Source: Octopus vulgaris (lineage: Eukaryota). Taken from it: a stretch of 64,000 nt of DNA. Position numbers and translations under genes: made by a program. Below are positions 45,770 through 58,330 of the stretch, piece by piece. Location: positions 12,276,001 through 12,340,000 of the forward strand of contig OX597830.1 of the NCBI GenBank assembly GCA_951406725.2, in the 5' to 3' direction. Within the stretch, counting starts at the first letter, position 1; every line of letters starts with the position of its first letter. The notes under the pieces are model-generated. The model saw only the letters and a program-made list of their open reading frames with translations, was not told the DNA's origin and made no database searches.

Positions 45770-48545
45770 TGGTAAAGGTGAATGACGTACTGAGAGCAAA
45801 AGAGATGGTTAAGCAAAAAAAAAAAAAAAAAACGGAGTGGGTTAAGGTCCAACGTTTACGCAGGTATGAAAAGTGAAACAAATTTTACAGATAAAATAAG
45901 ATATTTAAAACTTATGCTAAGAAATTCTACAGAGAGTTAGAGAAACAGTCGTGATGTGAAAGAAGCAGTGACATTTTGGAAAAGTATATGGTGCGATAGA
46001 ATGGAATTTAAGAAGGAAGTTGAATGGGTAGGGAAAGAAGAAGAAAGAATGGCGAAGATTGAGGAACAGGAGAACGATATTTCAATGCAGGAACTAATTC
46101 GAGTTGTATCGTAAAATCCCAAACTTCTGGCTTAAAAGTCTCTCGTAATCACACCATCATTAAATGGAATGTTTCTCTAACATCATCATTAACCCTGAAA
46201 GTTCTCCAAGTTTTGTCAACATTAGGGATAACATACTTACTCCCTAAAACAAGAGACACAACCCCCACCCCCCAAAAAAATACAAGCCCATCACTTATTT
46301 GACCACCATGTACAAAATATTTACATCCATCCTCACCAAAACGATGTATCAATTTCTCGATGAGCAACATCCTTTATTTTGAACAAAAAACGGTGCAAAA
46401 GGAACACATACAGCTACTAATACCAGCAATTAATAAACAACATGATACTCGAAAATTCCTCATCCAAAAAACAAAACCTAGTACAACAGGGATTCGTATT
46501 AGGACAATTACCTGTTAGGACAATTACCGCCCATAGGACAATTCTCCCGACGACAACTACCCCCTAAGACAAATACCCCACTTGGTTAATTACCCTCTCA
46601 CCAATATATTAAGTTTTAAATCATCATATGTTGCCCCCGGAGGTAATTGCTCTTGGTGAGGGTTATTGTCCTTGGTAGAGGTTAATGTCCTAGATTCCTT
46701 GGATTAACTTTCGTAAGGCATTTGTCAGTGTCCCACATAGCTAGATTTTAAAAGCACTAAATATATACAGGACCCCTCCTTTCTTTAAAGGTTTTCTACA
46801 ACGCAGTATGGAACGGTGGAACACAAAATTATTTCTCAACAATGAGAAAGGCTCGTATGTATCAAAGAGCATCAAAATAGATCGTAGAATATTCCAGGAC
46901 GATTCACTCTCCTCTCTCCTCTTCTTTCTCTCATTCCCTTGTCCCATGAGCTGAATAGAATAAATTACAGTTAGAAAATATTTGGCCAGATCATCTTACG
47001 TTTGTTCTACGTGGATGATCTAAAATTATATGCAAAAGATGACAAGGATCTGAAAGGGTTACTAGTAACTTTGAAAAAATTCAGTGTCGACATCAATATA
47101 GAATTTGGCCTTGACGAGTGCAAAGCTTCGTTCAAACGTGGTAAAGTGACCCAACTTGATAATGATATACTTATCAAGGACCTGGACCATGATGGTTTTT
47201 ATAAGTATCTTGGGATACAGGAAGAAAAGGGATTCAACACGGATCAATGAAAGAGAAGATCAGGAAAGAGTATTATAGATATGTCAGAATGGTCCTGAAT
47301 ACTGAGCTGAACCCCCCCCCCAATATAGAATTGCAGCTTTAAACTGGCAGTACCAGTTGTCCACTATAGCCTTAATGTCATCAACTGGAATCTGAGTGAC
47401 ATCCGGCGTATGATCATAAAGACCAGGAAACTGCTGACACTAAACAGGATGCATCATCCAAAAATCAGACGTTCACAGGCCCTATCTCCCACGAAAGGAA
47501 GGCAGCGGAGGCTTAATACAGCTTGAAGGTCCTATAAAACGACAGCGATAGGACCCCAAGTGCACATCCAAAGTAACACCAACTGGATGAAACAGCTGGT
47601 AAGACAACACGAACAGAGTAAGAAACTGCACTCAATTTCCAGTTAGGCATTTAAATACAGGCAGGAGCTTAACCCCTCTGTTTATGATGGGGACAAGGAA
47701 GACACACCACCCACTAAGGCGGCAAAAAAGGGTAAAACAAAAGCCAAACAAAAAACATGAAGGAAATGTCAAGACCGTTGCAAGAAAAACCATTGCATGG
47801 GCAACACCCTAAGCGAGCTGGAGAAGCTCATGTACATAGATGAACCCATCTGTTGCTGCAGAGTATTGATTTGAAAGCCGAAACGGAAGGATTTATCTTA
47901 GCGGCACAAGATCAGTCTCCTCACTCGGAACTATCAAGCTAATATTACACACAATGAGATAGACACAAAGTGTAGACTCTGCAATGAACAATGACAAACT
48001 TGAAAATATGAACCACACTGTTGCCGGCTGCTCAGTCTTTGCTCCTATAGAATATAAAACTAAGTATGATGGAGTTGGCTAATCTGCACTGGAGCTTATG
48101 CCGTCACAGTGATATCCTGCACTCTAAGAAGTGGTATGAACACCATCCAGAGCCAGTCACTGAGGAAGAGAATGTTACCATCCTATGGTATTATGAGATA
48201 CATATGTACACGCAAATAAATGCTAGCAAACCAGGCATCGTCATCAAGACTTAAGACAAAATACATGCTTGTTAATTGGAAAACTTAATTTGAAAAACTG
48301 TCGAAGTATAAAGATCTTGAGATTGAGATATCTAGGACATGGCAACTAAAAACCAACAGCATCCCTGCTTTTGTAGCTGCCCTGGAAAAGATCAAGAAAG
48401 GTACTGATAAACGTTTTGACCAGATCTCTGTGGAACCAACAAACTATGAGACTAAAAAACTGTGTTGATATCAATCTCTCCATCTAATATATACGTCCTT
48501 AGGTCTCTGATTGAGACCTGGTCTGAGGATGAAATGAAATGCAAA
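45770..48545 (+). mobile_element. Long degenerate R4/Dong-type LINE (RT to RLE)
   Basis: GITYLLPK, W..FRKAFVSVPH, IFQDDSLS, FYVDDLKLYAK, YKYLGI, LKAETEGFILAAQDQ, CRLC, WYEHHPEPV, KYKDLEIEI in order. Confidence 0.9.
46490..46698. mobile_element. Small MITE-like insert with repeated GGACAATTACC motifs in inverted arms
   Basis: Five taggacaattacc-like motifs on the left and inverted gg(t)aattg.../ttgtcct motifs on the right; interrupts the LINE RT immediately before its W..FRKAF motif. Confidence 0.65.
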
Positions 48546-48556
48546 TCAACTGGAAG

Positions 48557-48621
<65 letters not shown>

Positions 48622-48660
48622 TAATAATAATAATAATAATGATAATAACAACAATAACAC

Positions 48661-48708
<48 letters not shown>

Positions 48709-48746
48709 CAACAATAACACTAATAATGATAATAATAATGATGATG

Positions 48747-48813
<67 letters not shown>

Positions 48814-48826
48814 CAACAATAACAAA

Positions 48827-49750
48827 AGCTATAAAACAAATAAAATCCAAACTGAAAATAGAACAGCAACGAACCATGATAAAACGATGGCAAGAAAAGC
48901 CCTTCATGGTAAATACTGGACTAAACTAAATGCAAAAGAAATAGACAAAGAAAAATCCCAGCAATGGTTGAGAAGCTCAGGACTCAAAGCAGAGACAGAA
49001 GGATTTTTAATTGCAGTACAAGACCAAAGCCTCCCCACCAGAAATTACCAAAAACATCTAATGAAAAGAAATATAACAAGTAACTGCAGAATATGTGGAG
49101 ATGGACAAGAAACAATAAATCATATTATCTCTGGCTGCCCAGTCCTGGCTAAGAAGGAATATATTCACAGACATGACAGAGTTGGAACCTACATACATTG
49201 GAAGCTATGCCAACATTATGGAATAACAACAGAAAAAAGATGGTATAGGCACACACCAGAAAAGGTCACAGAAAACGAGAAAGCAACCATACTCTGGGAT
49301 ATGCCGATACACACAGATAGAGAAATTAAGGCCAACAGACCAGATATAGTTGTCAAAGATCATGAAGAAAAAAATGCTTTCTAATTGATGTATCAATAGC
49401 AACAGATGACAACGTGTTTCTAAAATAAATGGAGAAACTTTCAAAATACAAAGACCTGGAAATAGAGGTAACCAGAATGTGGAATCTAAAAACAGAAACA
49501 ATTCCTATCATAGTAGGTGCATTAGGCTTGATAAAAAAATATTCAGACAAATACATAACAAAAACACCAGGACTTACAAACACATATAACATACAGAAAA
49601 TTGCATTACTAAGCACTGCACACATCCTACGCAGAACACTTTCAATACAATAACCATCAGAGCATCACAACAAATCACAGCACATACCCAAGGCACACAG
49701 AGCTGCGCTCGGTAGTGAAGTGAAAGCACGCTATAAAAATAAAACTACTG
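48827..49750 (+). mobile_element. Young 5'-truncated R4/Dong-type LINE in (TAA)n
   Basis: LHGKYW...WLRSSGLKAETEGFLIAVQDQSLPTRNY...CRICGDGQETINHIISGC...RHDRV...ANRPDIVV, then KYKDLEIEV...IVGALG; few disruptions; (TAA)n on both sides. Confidence 0.93.
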
Positions 49751-49769
49751 AATAATAATAATAATAATA

Positions 49770-49821
<52 letters not shown>

Positions 49822-49822
<1 letters not shown>

Positions 49823-50039
49823 CCTTTCTACCAAAGACACAAAACCTGAAATTTAAGGGGGGGGGGGGGAGATAGTCGATTACATTGACCCCAATGTTCA
49901 ACTGGTACATATTTCATCAACCCCGAAAGGAAGAAAGGCAAAGTCCACCTCGGCGGAATTTGAACTCAGAACGTAGCGACAGGTGAATTACCGCTAAGCA
50001 TTTCGTCCAGCGTACTAACGATTCTGCCAGCTCGCCAGC
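49822..50039 (-). mobile_element. SINE family C variant
   Basis: Reverse-complement match to the head and core, with (TAA)n at its tail side. Confidence 0.85.
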
Positions 50040-50827
50040 CGAAGACACAAAACCACCTGTACAACCCTGCAGAACAACTGAAAAATAACTCTAAAAAACT
50101 GGAATATCCACAATTTCCTGTAAAAATTTTAAATTACCTTCAAAATGAGCTTAAAAACTTGCATATCTACAGTTTTTTTTTTTTTTGCCGAACACACAAA
50201 CGATCACTTTTAAAAACTTCGAAACTTTAATATCTACAACTTTCTGTGAATACCTATCCTTTCCTTTCACCCTGTGTATTCGAAAATGTAAACATCCTTT
50301 TACTGCAGGAACACTATAGTTTTCACTGGTTGGACATACAAACAATCATCTTTAGAAAATTTCAAAATTTTAATAACTACAACTTTTCGTGAAATTTTAG
50401 CCTTCTTTTCTCCCTGACAACTCGAATGTGTAAACATACCTTTTGTAGCAAAAACACTATAAAACGCACAATAAAAGCGAAGGAGATAAGAAATTGCCAT
50501 TATATACAAACTGCACAATTACGAAAGCTGTAAATCACAACAAAACCTATCAAAAGGAAAGGAAAATTCAACGATGTAAATGTCAGTATATTTACAGGTG
50601 TTGGACAAAATAATTGGAACAGTAGAAATTTAACTCCTATATTTCAATGAGCTATTATATCACGAATATCCATCCAAATTTCATTGGGAGTTTTTGCCTT
50701 TATATTGTAGATGGTTTTATTTATCTAATTTCTATCTTTTTTTCATAGGAGAAATAGCTCGTGAAGGTGAGTGTAAAAGTTCGCAGGTTGCCAGCCCAGT
50801 CGAGGTTTTGGCAGCAACCACACAAAA

Positions 50828-51060
50828 GACGGTGAGCTGGCAGAATCGTTAGCACGCCGGGCGAAATGCGTAACCCTATTTCGTCTGCCGCTACGTTCTG
50901 AGTTCAAATTCCGCCGAGGTCGACTTTGCCTTTCATCCTTTCGGGGTTGATGAATTAAGTACCAGTTACGCACTGGGGTCGATATAATCGACTTAACCCG
51001 TTTGTCTGTCCTTGTTTGTCCTCTCTGTGTTTAGCCCCTTGTGGGTAGTAAAGAAATAGG
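50828..51060 (+). mobile_element. SINE family C
   Basis: Full-length match. Confidence 0.92.
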
Positions 51061-51129
51061 TACTGTATCGCTTGTTTCAGCTAAAATCTGATACCTATAA
51101 ACAGCAACATGCGCTCAGATGGAACAGCC

Positions 51130-52355
51130 CTGAAATGGATAGCTTTTGAACATATCATCGAGGCAAAGCAGTTCGGGAGCGTGGAGATCCTCTTCACGAA
51201 CTTGTTACACCAGAGTAGAAAGTATCATCTGTATTGGACATCTGCTTGTTATTAGCTTGTGTCACTTTGGAAGGCAGTGATATACTCTTAGAAGTGAAAC
51301 AAACAGTGGGAGAATTCTGACTTGGGTCCACAGCAGAAATCCTCCTACAGATCAGATCGGAGGAGTTAACAAAAGTTCCAGACCTTACCCACTTGCCCAA
51401 CGGATCTGAGGGGCAGAAAGCCAAGATGCCATTTACGCGGTACAAAAGGCCATTTCAGAGCTCTCTGCCCTCAATAAAAAGTGAGAGAGAGAGAGAGAGG
51501 AGAGAGAGAGGAGGTGCCCCCACTGTTGCCGACACCGCCGCTCAACAACAGTGGCAGCGTACAGGAGTTATATCAGCAGCAATAACAGCAAAAAGGGAAG
51601 AAAACAAAAGCAGCACCAACATCAGATACAAATATAGTAGCAACAGCAATACCGAAACCCACAGGAACAGAACCAAAACCCACCACCGAGGAAAATACCA
51701 AAGTTATCTCCGTCTCTTACTTTTCTTCTCTTCCCACTTTTTTCAAACATACACACAATCATACTACCACCCATTCCCACATCAATGTTTCCGATATAAA
51801 AATGTCATCTTGCGAGGAGGAACAGTAAAAAAAAAAAAAAAAAATCACCCGCTCCGAATAAGTCACACATCCACGATAATATCAGTGAAACTAGAACCAC
51901 TCCAAACACCGTTCAATACCTCCACCACGACCACCACCAGCAAAAAGAAAACACACAGAGCAGCCTCATATAGAAACACATCAACAAAACTCTTCCAGCC
52001 CAAATATTGTGCTAATAAGGAGCGCAAATTAAAAACTGATGCCCTTAGTGGAACTCTCCCGCCCACAACTCATTGAAACGGAGGGAGATTTTTTTAGGCG
52101 CAGCAATTTCAAAGAGATAAAATATTTCAAATTAATAAGAATTTTTTCAATGACATGGGAAGTCAGAGCCTGAGGACTAGCTATAAATTCCTAAAAGACT
52201 CTCTCAAAGGTAACACAAAATTCTATAAAGATCGTGTAACCCGATCTCTGAAGCCACCAAAAGCGCAAGTAACCCGGTTCCTTTTCTCCTCTTTATCTTG
52301 CAACCAGCATGGCGGCTCTTAGAATGGAGTGTACAAATGCACGTGACTTAGGGTT
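51130..52355 (+). mobile_element. Tx1/L1-type LINE ORF1 remnant and first codons of ORF2
   Basis: EAKQFGSVEILF and EGRKPRCHLRGTKGHFRALCPQ (degenerate CCHC knuckle) parallel the ORF1 modules at 55990-57150; MAALRMECTNARDLG at about 52308 resembles an APE endonuclease start. Confidence 0.65.
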
Positions 52356-52422
52356 ACCCTGAAATCAGTTGGTTTCCTGAATAAACCGATAAGTGTAATG
52401 CGTTATTGGTACGTTTTATTGT

Positions 52423-52803
52423 GGAATGGAATGGAAGCACTCCGTCGGTTACGACGATGAGGGTTCCGGTTGATCCGAATCAACGGAACAGCCTGCTCGT
52501 GAAATTAACGTGTAAGTGGCTGAGCACTCCACAGACACGTGCACCCTTAACGTAGTTCTCGGGGATATTCAGCGTGACACAGAGAGTGACAAGGCCGGCC
52601 CTTTGAAATACAGGTACAACAGAAACAGGAAGTAAGAGTGAGAGAGTACAGCAGGGATCACCACCATCCCCTGCTGGAGCCTCGTGGAGCTTTTGTAGGT
52701 GTTTTCGCTCAATAAACACTCACAACGTCCGGTCTGGGAATCGAAACCGCGATCCTATGACCGCGAGTCCGCTGCCCTAACCACTGGGTCATTGCACCTC
52801 CAC
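52423..52803 (-). mobile_element. SINE family A
   Basis: 12-bp TSD acgttttattgt at 52411-52422 and 52804-52815; small internal deletion. Confidence 0.94.
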
Positions 52804-53632
52804 ACGTTTTATTGTAATGAATAGATGATGAATGCCGTAATGAGAATAGGAACAAAAACAAAAAAAATGAATGACAAGTTTTTGGGTGTACCACACAGAA
52901 ACATTGAAAATCTCGAATTTTTGTGGTAGGAATTCAAGAATCAGAAAAATACTAGAATTAGAAAAAATAACACGAGAAAATAAAATATTCAATTATGTTA
53001 ATCTGCTAAACCTGAGGTTCAACGAGATATATACAGTAGAATAAAAACGGCTGAACGAAAGGCGAATGTGGTATTCATACATTTATATAATTCATACCTT
53101 TGCCACCCAGGTGCATAACAGTTTGTGTACTGTCATTGTATAATATGAGTTAAAGACAAACAAACATCTTCAGTGTTGAATGGGAACACTTGTTGGAAGT
53201 TGTTGGTCACTTGACATTCAAGTTGCTTATTCAACAGTCGATTGTAAAATCCTCCAATTTACATATTACTTGTTTGGGCCTTTGTGTTATGATCAATGTA
53301 TTTTTGTCACTTTGTATACATTCGAAATAAGAAAAATTGTTTCCCACACGTTTTTCACTCGACAGACAATAAGATGGGATACTGTCTTTATTTCTTTCTC
53401 ATAAAGGTAATACAAACAAGTCTCGAAAAGAGTTGCTTTTCGGGTTATTTCGTTGAGACTACCACAAAAACATTTTAAAACACATGTCAAACATTTTAAT
53501 ATCTACATCAAGACTACGTGATATTTGTACACAAAACTATATATTTCCAATTTAAATATCAAAAATCTAAATATATTTCATCGACGTGAATTCAACTATT
53601 AGCTGCACACACATTTTTATTGACGTCCTATC

Positions 53633-54357
53633 GAGGCGGGCGAAATGCTTAGCGGTATTTCGTCTGTCGTTACGTTCTGAGTTCAAATTCCGCCGAGGTC
53701 GACTTTGCCTTTCATCCATTCGGGGTCGATTAAATAAGTACCAGTTACGCACTGGGTCGATGTAATCGACTTAATACCTATGTCTGTCCTTGTTTGTCCG
53801 CTCTGTGTTTAGCCCCTTGTGGGTAATAAAGAAATAGGTATTTCGTCTGTCGCTACGTTCTGAGTTCAAATTTCGCCGAGGTCGACTTTGCCTTTCATCC
53901 TTTCGGGGTCGATAAATTAAGCACCAGTTACGCACTGGGGTCGATATAATCGACTTAATCCGTTTGTCTGTCCTTGTTTGTCCTCTCTGTGTTTAGCCCC
54001 TTGTGGGTAATAAAGAAATAGGTATTTCGTCTGTCGCTACGTTCTGAGTTCAAATTCCGCCGAGGTCGACTTTGCCTTTCATCCTTTCGGGGTCGATGTA
54101 ATCGACTTAATACCTATGTCTGTCCTTGTTTGTCCCCTCTATGTTTAGCCCCTGGTGGGTAATAAAGAAATATGTATTTCGTCTGTCTTTACGTTCTAAG
54201 TTTAAATTCCGCCGAGGTCGACTTTGCCTTTGATCCTTTCGGGGTCGATTAAATAAGTACCAGTTTCGCACTGGGGTCGATATAATCGACTTAATCCGTT
54301 TCTCTGTCCTTGTTTGTCCTCTCTATGTGTAGCCCCTTGTGGGTAGTAAAGAAATAG
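53633..54357 (+). repeat. Head-to-tail tetramer of SINE C bodies
   Basis: Four units joined at ...taaagaaata(g/t)gtatttcgtctgtc junctions near 53835, 54020 and 54170. Confidence 0.92.
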
Positions 54358-54398
54358 ATATACAAATGATGATGTATTAAGCTGTCTGTTATGCACAA

Positions 54399-54685
54399 TG
54401 AGGCGCGTGGCTTAGTGGTTAGGGTATTCGGCTCACGATCATAAGGTTGCAAGTTCGATTTTCGGCGGTGCATTGTATCCTTGAGCAAGATAACCTTATT
54501 TCACATTGTTCCAGTTCACTCAGCTAGCAAAAAATGAGTTGTACCTGTATTTCAAAAGGCCGGCCTTGCCAAATCTCACTGGGAATTACGTTAAGGGTAC
54601 ACGTGTTTGTGGAGTACTCAGCCACGTGTACGTTAATTTCATGCACGAGCAGGCCGTTCCGTTGATCGGATCAATTGGAACCGTT
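54399..54685 (+). mobile_element. Chimeric SINE: family-D-like head fused to family-A 3' half
   Basis: ttgtatccttgagcaag...ttccagttcactcagc (as in family D) followed by gtacctgtatttcaaaaggccggccttg...gttccgttgatcggatcaa (as in family A). Confidence 0.75.
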
Positions 54686-54821
54686 CTTAACATTAGAAAC
54701 ATCAGTGCCGTCCAGAACTTTCAAGAGACTTGCTCATAATTACAAAGTCAATAAGAAACAAAACATTTTTTATATATCGTATCTTTTCTTTTAATGATAA
54801 TAATAATAATAATAATAATAA

Positions 54822-55220
54822 TGGTTTCAAATTTTGCCACCCGGGCAGCCATTTTGGGGTAGGGGATGAGTCGATTACATCGACCCACAGTATTCTACTG
54901 GTACTTGTTTTATCGACCTTGAAAGGATGAATGGCAAAGTCGACCTCGGCGAAATTTGAACTCATAACGTAGCGGCAGACGAAATACCTATTTCTTTATT
55001 ACCCACAAGTGGCTAAACATAGAGGGGACAAACAACGACAGACATAGGTATTAAGTCGATTATATCGACCCTAGTGCGTAACTGGTACTTAATTTATCGA
55101 CCCCGAAAGGATGAAAGGCAAAGTCGACCTCGGCGGAATTTTAACTCAGAACGTAACGGCAGACGAAATACCGCTACGTATTTCGCCCGGCGTGCTAACT
55201 TTTCTGTCAGCTCGCCGCCT
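54822..55220 (-). mobile_element. SINE C dimer
   Basis: Two reverse-complement units joined at gaaatacctatttctttatt. Confidence 0.88.
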
Positions 55221-55777
55221 TACATAATAGAGGATTTTGCATTGATTTTCGTACGTTTCTCATTCATTTGATGACTGGGTCATTCAAAGTCGCGAAAAAA
55301 AAAATTAGCGCCATGAAGTTAGTCATTCAAGTTCGTTTTAGTATTTATATCATTCAAGTTAAAATGCCCGTCGAGAGTACTCAAATTAGTCGGAGTGCAA
55401 AGAAGCGTCTTTTCGAGCATTCAAACTCGCACGTGAGCATTCGAGTTCGGAATAAGTTTATTCAACTTAGCACTAATTTTACGTGTTTTTACTCAAATTC
55501 TGAGAAGCAAATGTTAAAAATGAGGAACTTAAATGGCATGTTTTGTCATGCACATTTTATTATGTTGTTATAGCTTCAAGGAAAAAATAAATTAAGTGAT
55601 ACTTCTGTCCACGGGGTTCGTTTCCACTGCAAACATTTGGTGAGTTAAAGTTGTATTTTTTGCTGGCGTTATATTGTTTAAAAGCATTGTTGTTTAATTG
55701 TTGTAATGTTCCTTGAACATTTTTGTTTGTGCTGCCTTGTGGCGGTTCGTTTGTGCTTTCCCTCCTCATAGAAGAGG

Positions 55778-58330
55778 GTGGGTCGAGTGGAGGAGATGTC
55801 AGAGGAAGAAGATATCAGTTACTCAGAGCTGTCCTCCTCGGAACAGTCGGAGCAGTCGTCGTCGTCGTCAGAGGTTAGGTGGAGTGTGATAGAGAAAATG
55901 AATGAGGAACGGATAAGAGAAGACAAAAGTTTCGTAGAAATTGCAAAGTGTAAGGAGTACCAAATCGAATGGGATGAATGGAGAAATTATATGAAAATAA
56001 TGAGGTGCGAAGGATTCAATGTAGAACTGAACCCACGAGAAGAAATGGTTATCAACAGGAAAGAATGTATAATTATATACAAGATGCATTTAGAAGCTGC
56101 TGGGAAGATAGACATAAGGACTACTTCCAAAATAGAGAAGGCACTAAGACCAATCTGGCAAGAGATAACGTATCTTCTCAGAGGGGCCAAGTATGGAATA
56201 GTAGAGGTGAGATTTAAAGGGTCAGAAAAGGCAAGGGAGAAAGCGGCAACCATTATAAAGAGTGATGAAGTGGTCCTATTACCTATGTAATATGGACGGC
56301 GTGCTTTAAAGGTTATCGTAGAGGGAATCCCTCCAGAAGTTGACGGGGCCAGGATAGCAGCCACTGTCCTTCATGGAAATGAGAAAGAGATAGCGGTTCT
56401 CCAGGCCACAAGGACGGGAAGTAGGATTTGGAAAGGCCAAACCTTAAACATGGTCATTCATGGGCCAAAGGAAACCATCGAGAGAAACGATAACAGTAGA
56501 TGATGTAATAATGTGGGTTAGGGTGGAGGGAAGGATGCCTCGATGCTACAATAAATATAAAAAAGCTGGATAAATACAAAAGTATGTTAACAAAGGAGGG
56601 GACGGAAATTAAAGTAGCCCCTCCACAAGTTATAGCTGAGGATATGCTTAAGAGAACCATAATTTATAAAACTTACCACGTAAAAGAGAAAAAAAAGACC
56701 ATGTAACAGAAAAGGAAATTGAAAAGTGCTTAAACCAATATGGAAGGATATATCTTAGGTAAGAAATACGCAACGGTGGAGGTCAGAATGGAGTCTGAAG
56801 AAAAAGTGAGACTCCGTTCAGTTGACCCGCTAAGATCAGAAGTAATACTCCTACCCATATATATTGAGAGGAGAACTTCAAGAATCAACATCAACAATGT
56901 GTGACCAGAAGTAAATGCAAAGTGACTCGTTGCAGCGGTGACACGTGAATTAGAGGAAAAAATCACTCTGCTAGAGGCAGTTGTGACAGAAGGGAGGAAC
57001 TAGATGGGGCAAGGCATAAAAATTATGCCTCTGACCCTGGAAGAAATTCCAGAAGCAATTCAAGTGGGATAGACCGGACTAGTCATGGTTGAAGGGTGGA
57101 AATCCCGTTGTTTTAACTATGGAAGAAAAAAGGGCATGTAAGAGCTGGATGCAATTCCCCTAGAAAGCAGTCAAAAGAAGAAGAACGAGAACCAGCAACA
57201 CAGGAAGAAAACCGTTCGCCAGAAAATAGCGGCAGAACACCAGGGAACAACAACAAAAATGGGGAGGGGCTCACAATATTAAGAGAAACATTAACCCAAC
57301 ATCCCCAGAAAAAAACCAACGAAGAAAGAAATATAATAAAAAGGCAAGAAAGCTAATTAAATCTGATAACAAAAAAAGTCTATTATATCGCGGTTCGGTG
57401 TTTAAACGGCAGCTTAATGAGCCTTTTGAACAACATTAATGAAACCCCCGATTAAAGGTAGGTCTTAATGGCTGTTCACGTTGTTTGCATAAATGTACAT
57501 GGCCTAACGTCGAGTTGGAAGCAAGAGCGCTCCCTAAATGACGTTAGGGCACGCAATTTAGATGTAATTGTTGCTACTGAAACCTGGTTAAAGGGGCCAA
57601 GAGATCTGCTCCCGCTCCTGGACGGTTAAAAGAAATTTATTTCTCCAGGCCGTCTTGCGAGCGGAGGTGGGGGTGTTGGTCCTGTTAAAGCGAAACCGGA
57701 TTTCAGAGAAAAAGTTGATTTTTTTCTGACCCAGAAGGTAGGCTGTCGTCTTAGACCTGACATTCAGTTGTGGTAAGATAATCATACTGGTTGCAATTTA
57801 TGCACCCAATTCTGGTCAATGTGACTATTTTTATGACCTTGGAGAAGTTTCTGGGTACGTAGCATTCACTAGTTTTGTTAGGAGACTTTAACACTATGCA
57901 CGCGTGGATAGTATTGGCTCGAACACGGATTGGAGAACGAATCCTGGCTTCCGGGATCCGCTAAGTCACTTTCAGCTGGCAAATCCATATAGACTGGAAT
58001 TTCCGAACGCCCCATGGTCAACTGGTGACGGGTTTTCAAGGTATTACATAGATAGAATTTTAATTAGAAAAATAGACTAGGATATGGCTAAGTGTACACA
58101 ATTCCACCCAGTCAGCTACAGTGATCACAAGTTTATCACTTGTAAGCTGAACCTAGATAAGCTATAAAGTCAAGGTTACGGCTACTGGAAACTCAATACG
58201 CCCCTTTTGGCGATTGAAGAGTACAAGAAGCGGATTAAGATGTTGATACAGGGGGCATTAACAGGAACCATTTTTAACAACAAATGGTAGTATGCCTTCA
58301 AACTTGCAACCCTTCAACAGATTAAGAGGG
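55778..58330 (+). mobile_element. Degenerate Tx1/L1-type LINE 5' half: ORF1 (two modules, CCHC) and APE endonuclease
   Basis: APE motifs CINVHGL, ATETW, AIYAPN, LLGDFN, IDRILI, SDHK and GYWKLN; knuckle RCFNY.....GHVRAGC near 57105-57152. Confidence 0.85.

Larger units (their letters stand above)
41623..49822. repeat. Series of (TAA)n/(TTA)n-based microsatellite tracts interleaved with insertions
   Basis: Tracts at about 41623-41672, 42148-42222, 42975-43405, 44298-44450, 45675-45768, 48557-48825 and 49751-49822, with TAG/TTG/TGA variants. Confidence 0.95.

Noticed and set aside
50150-50465. Two to three diverged ~150-bp direct repeats
   Set aside because: Real but highly degenerate, with no further structure; most likely an internal repeat of an old transposon.
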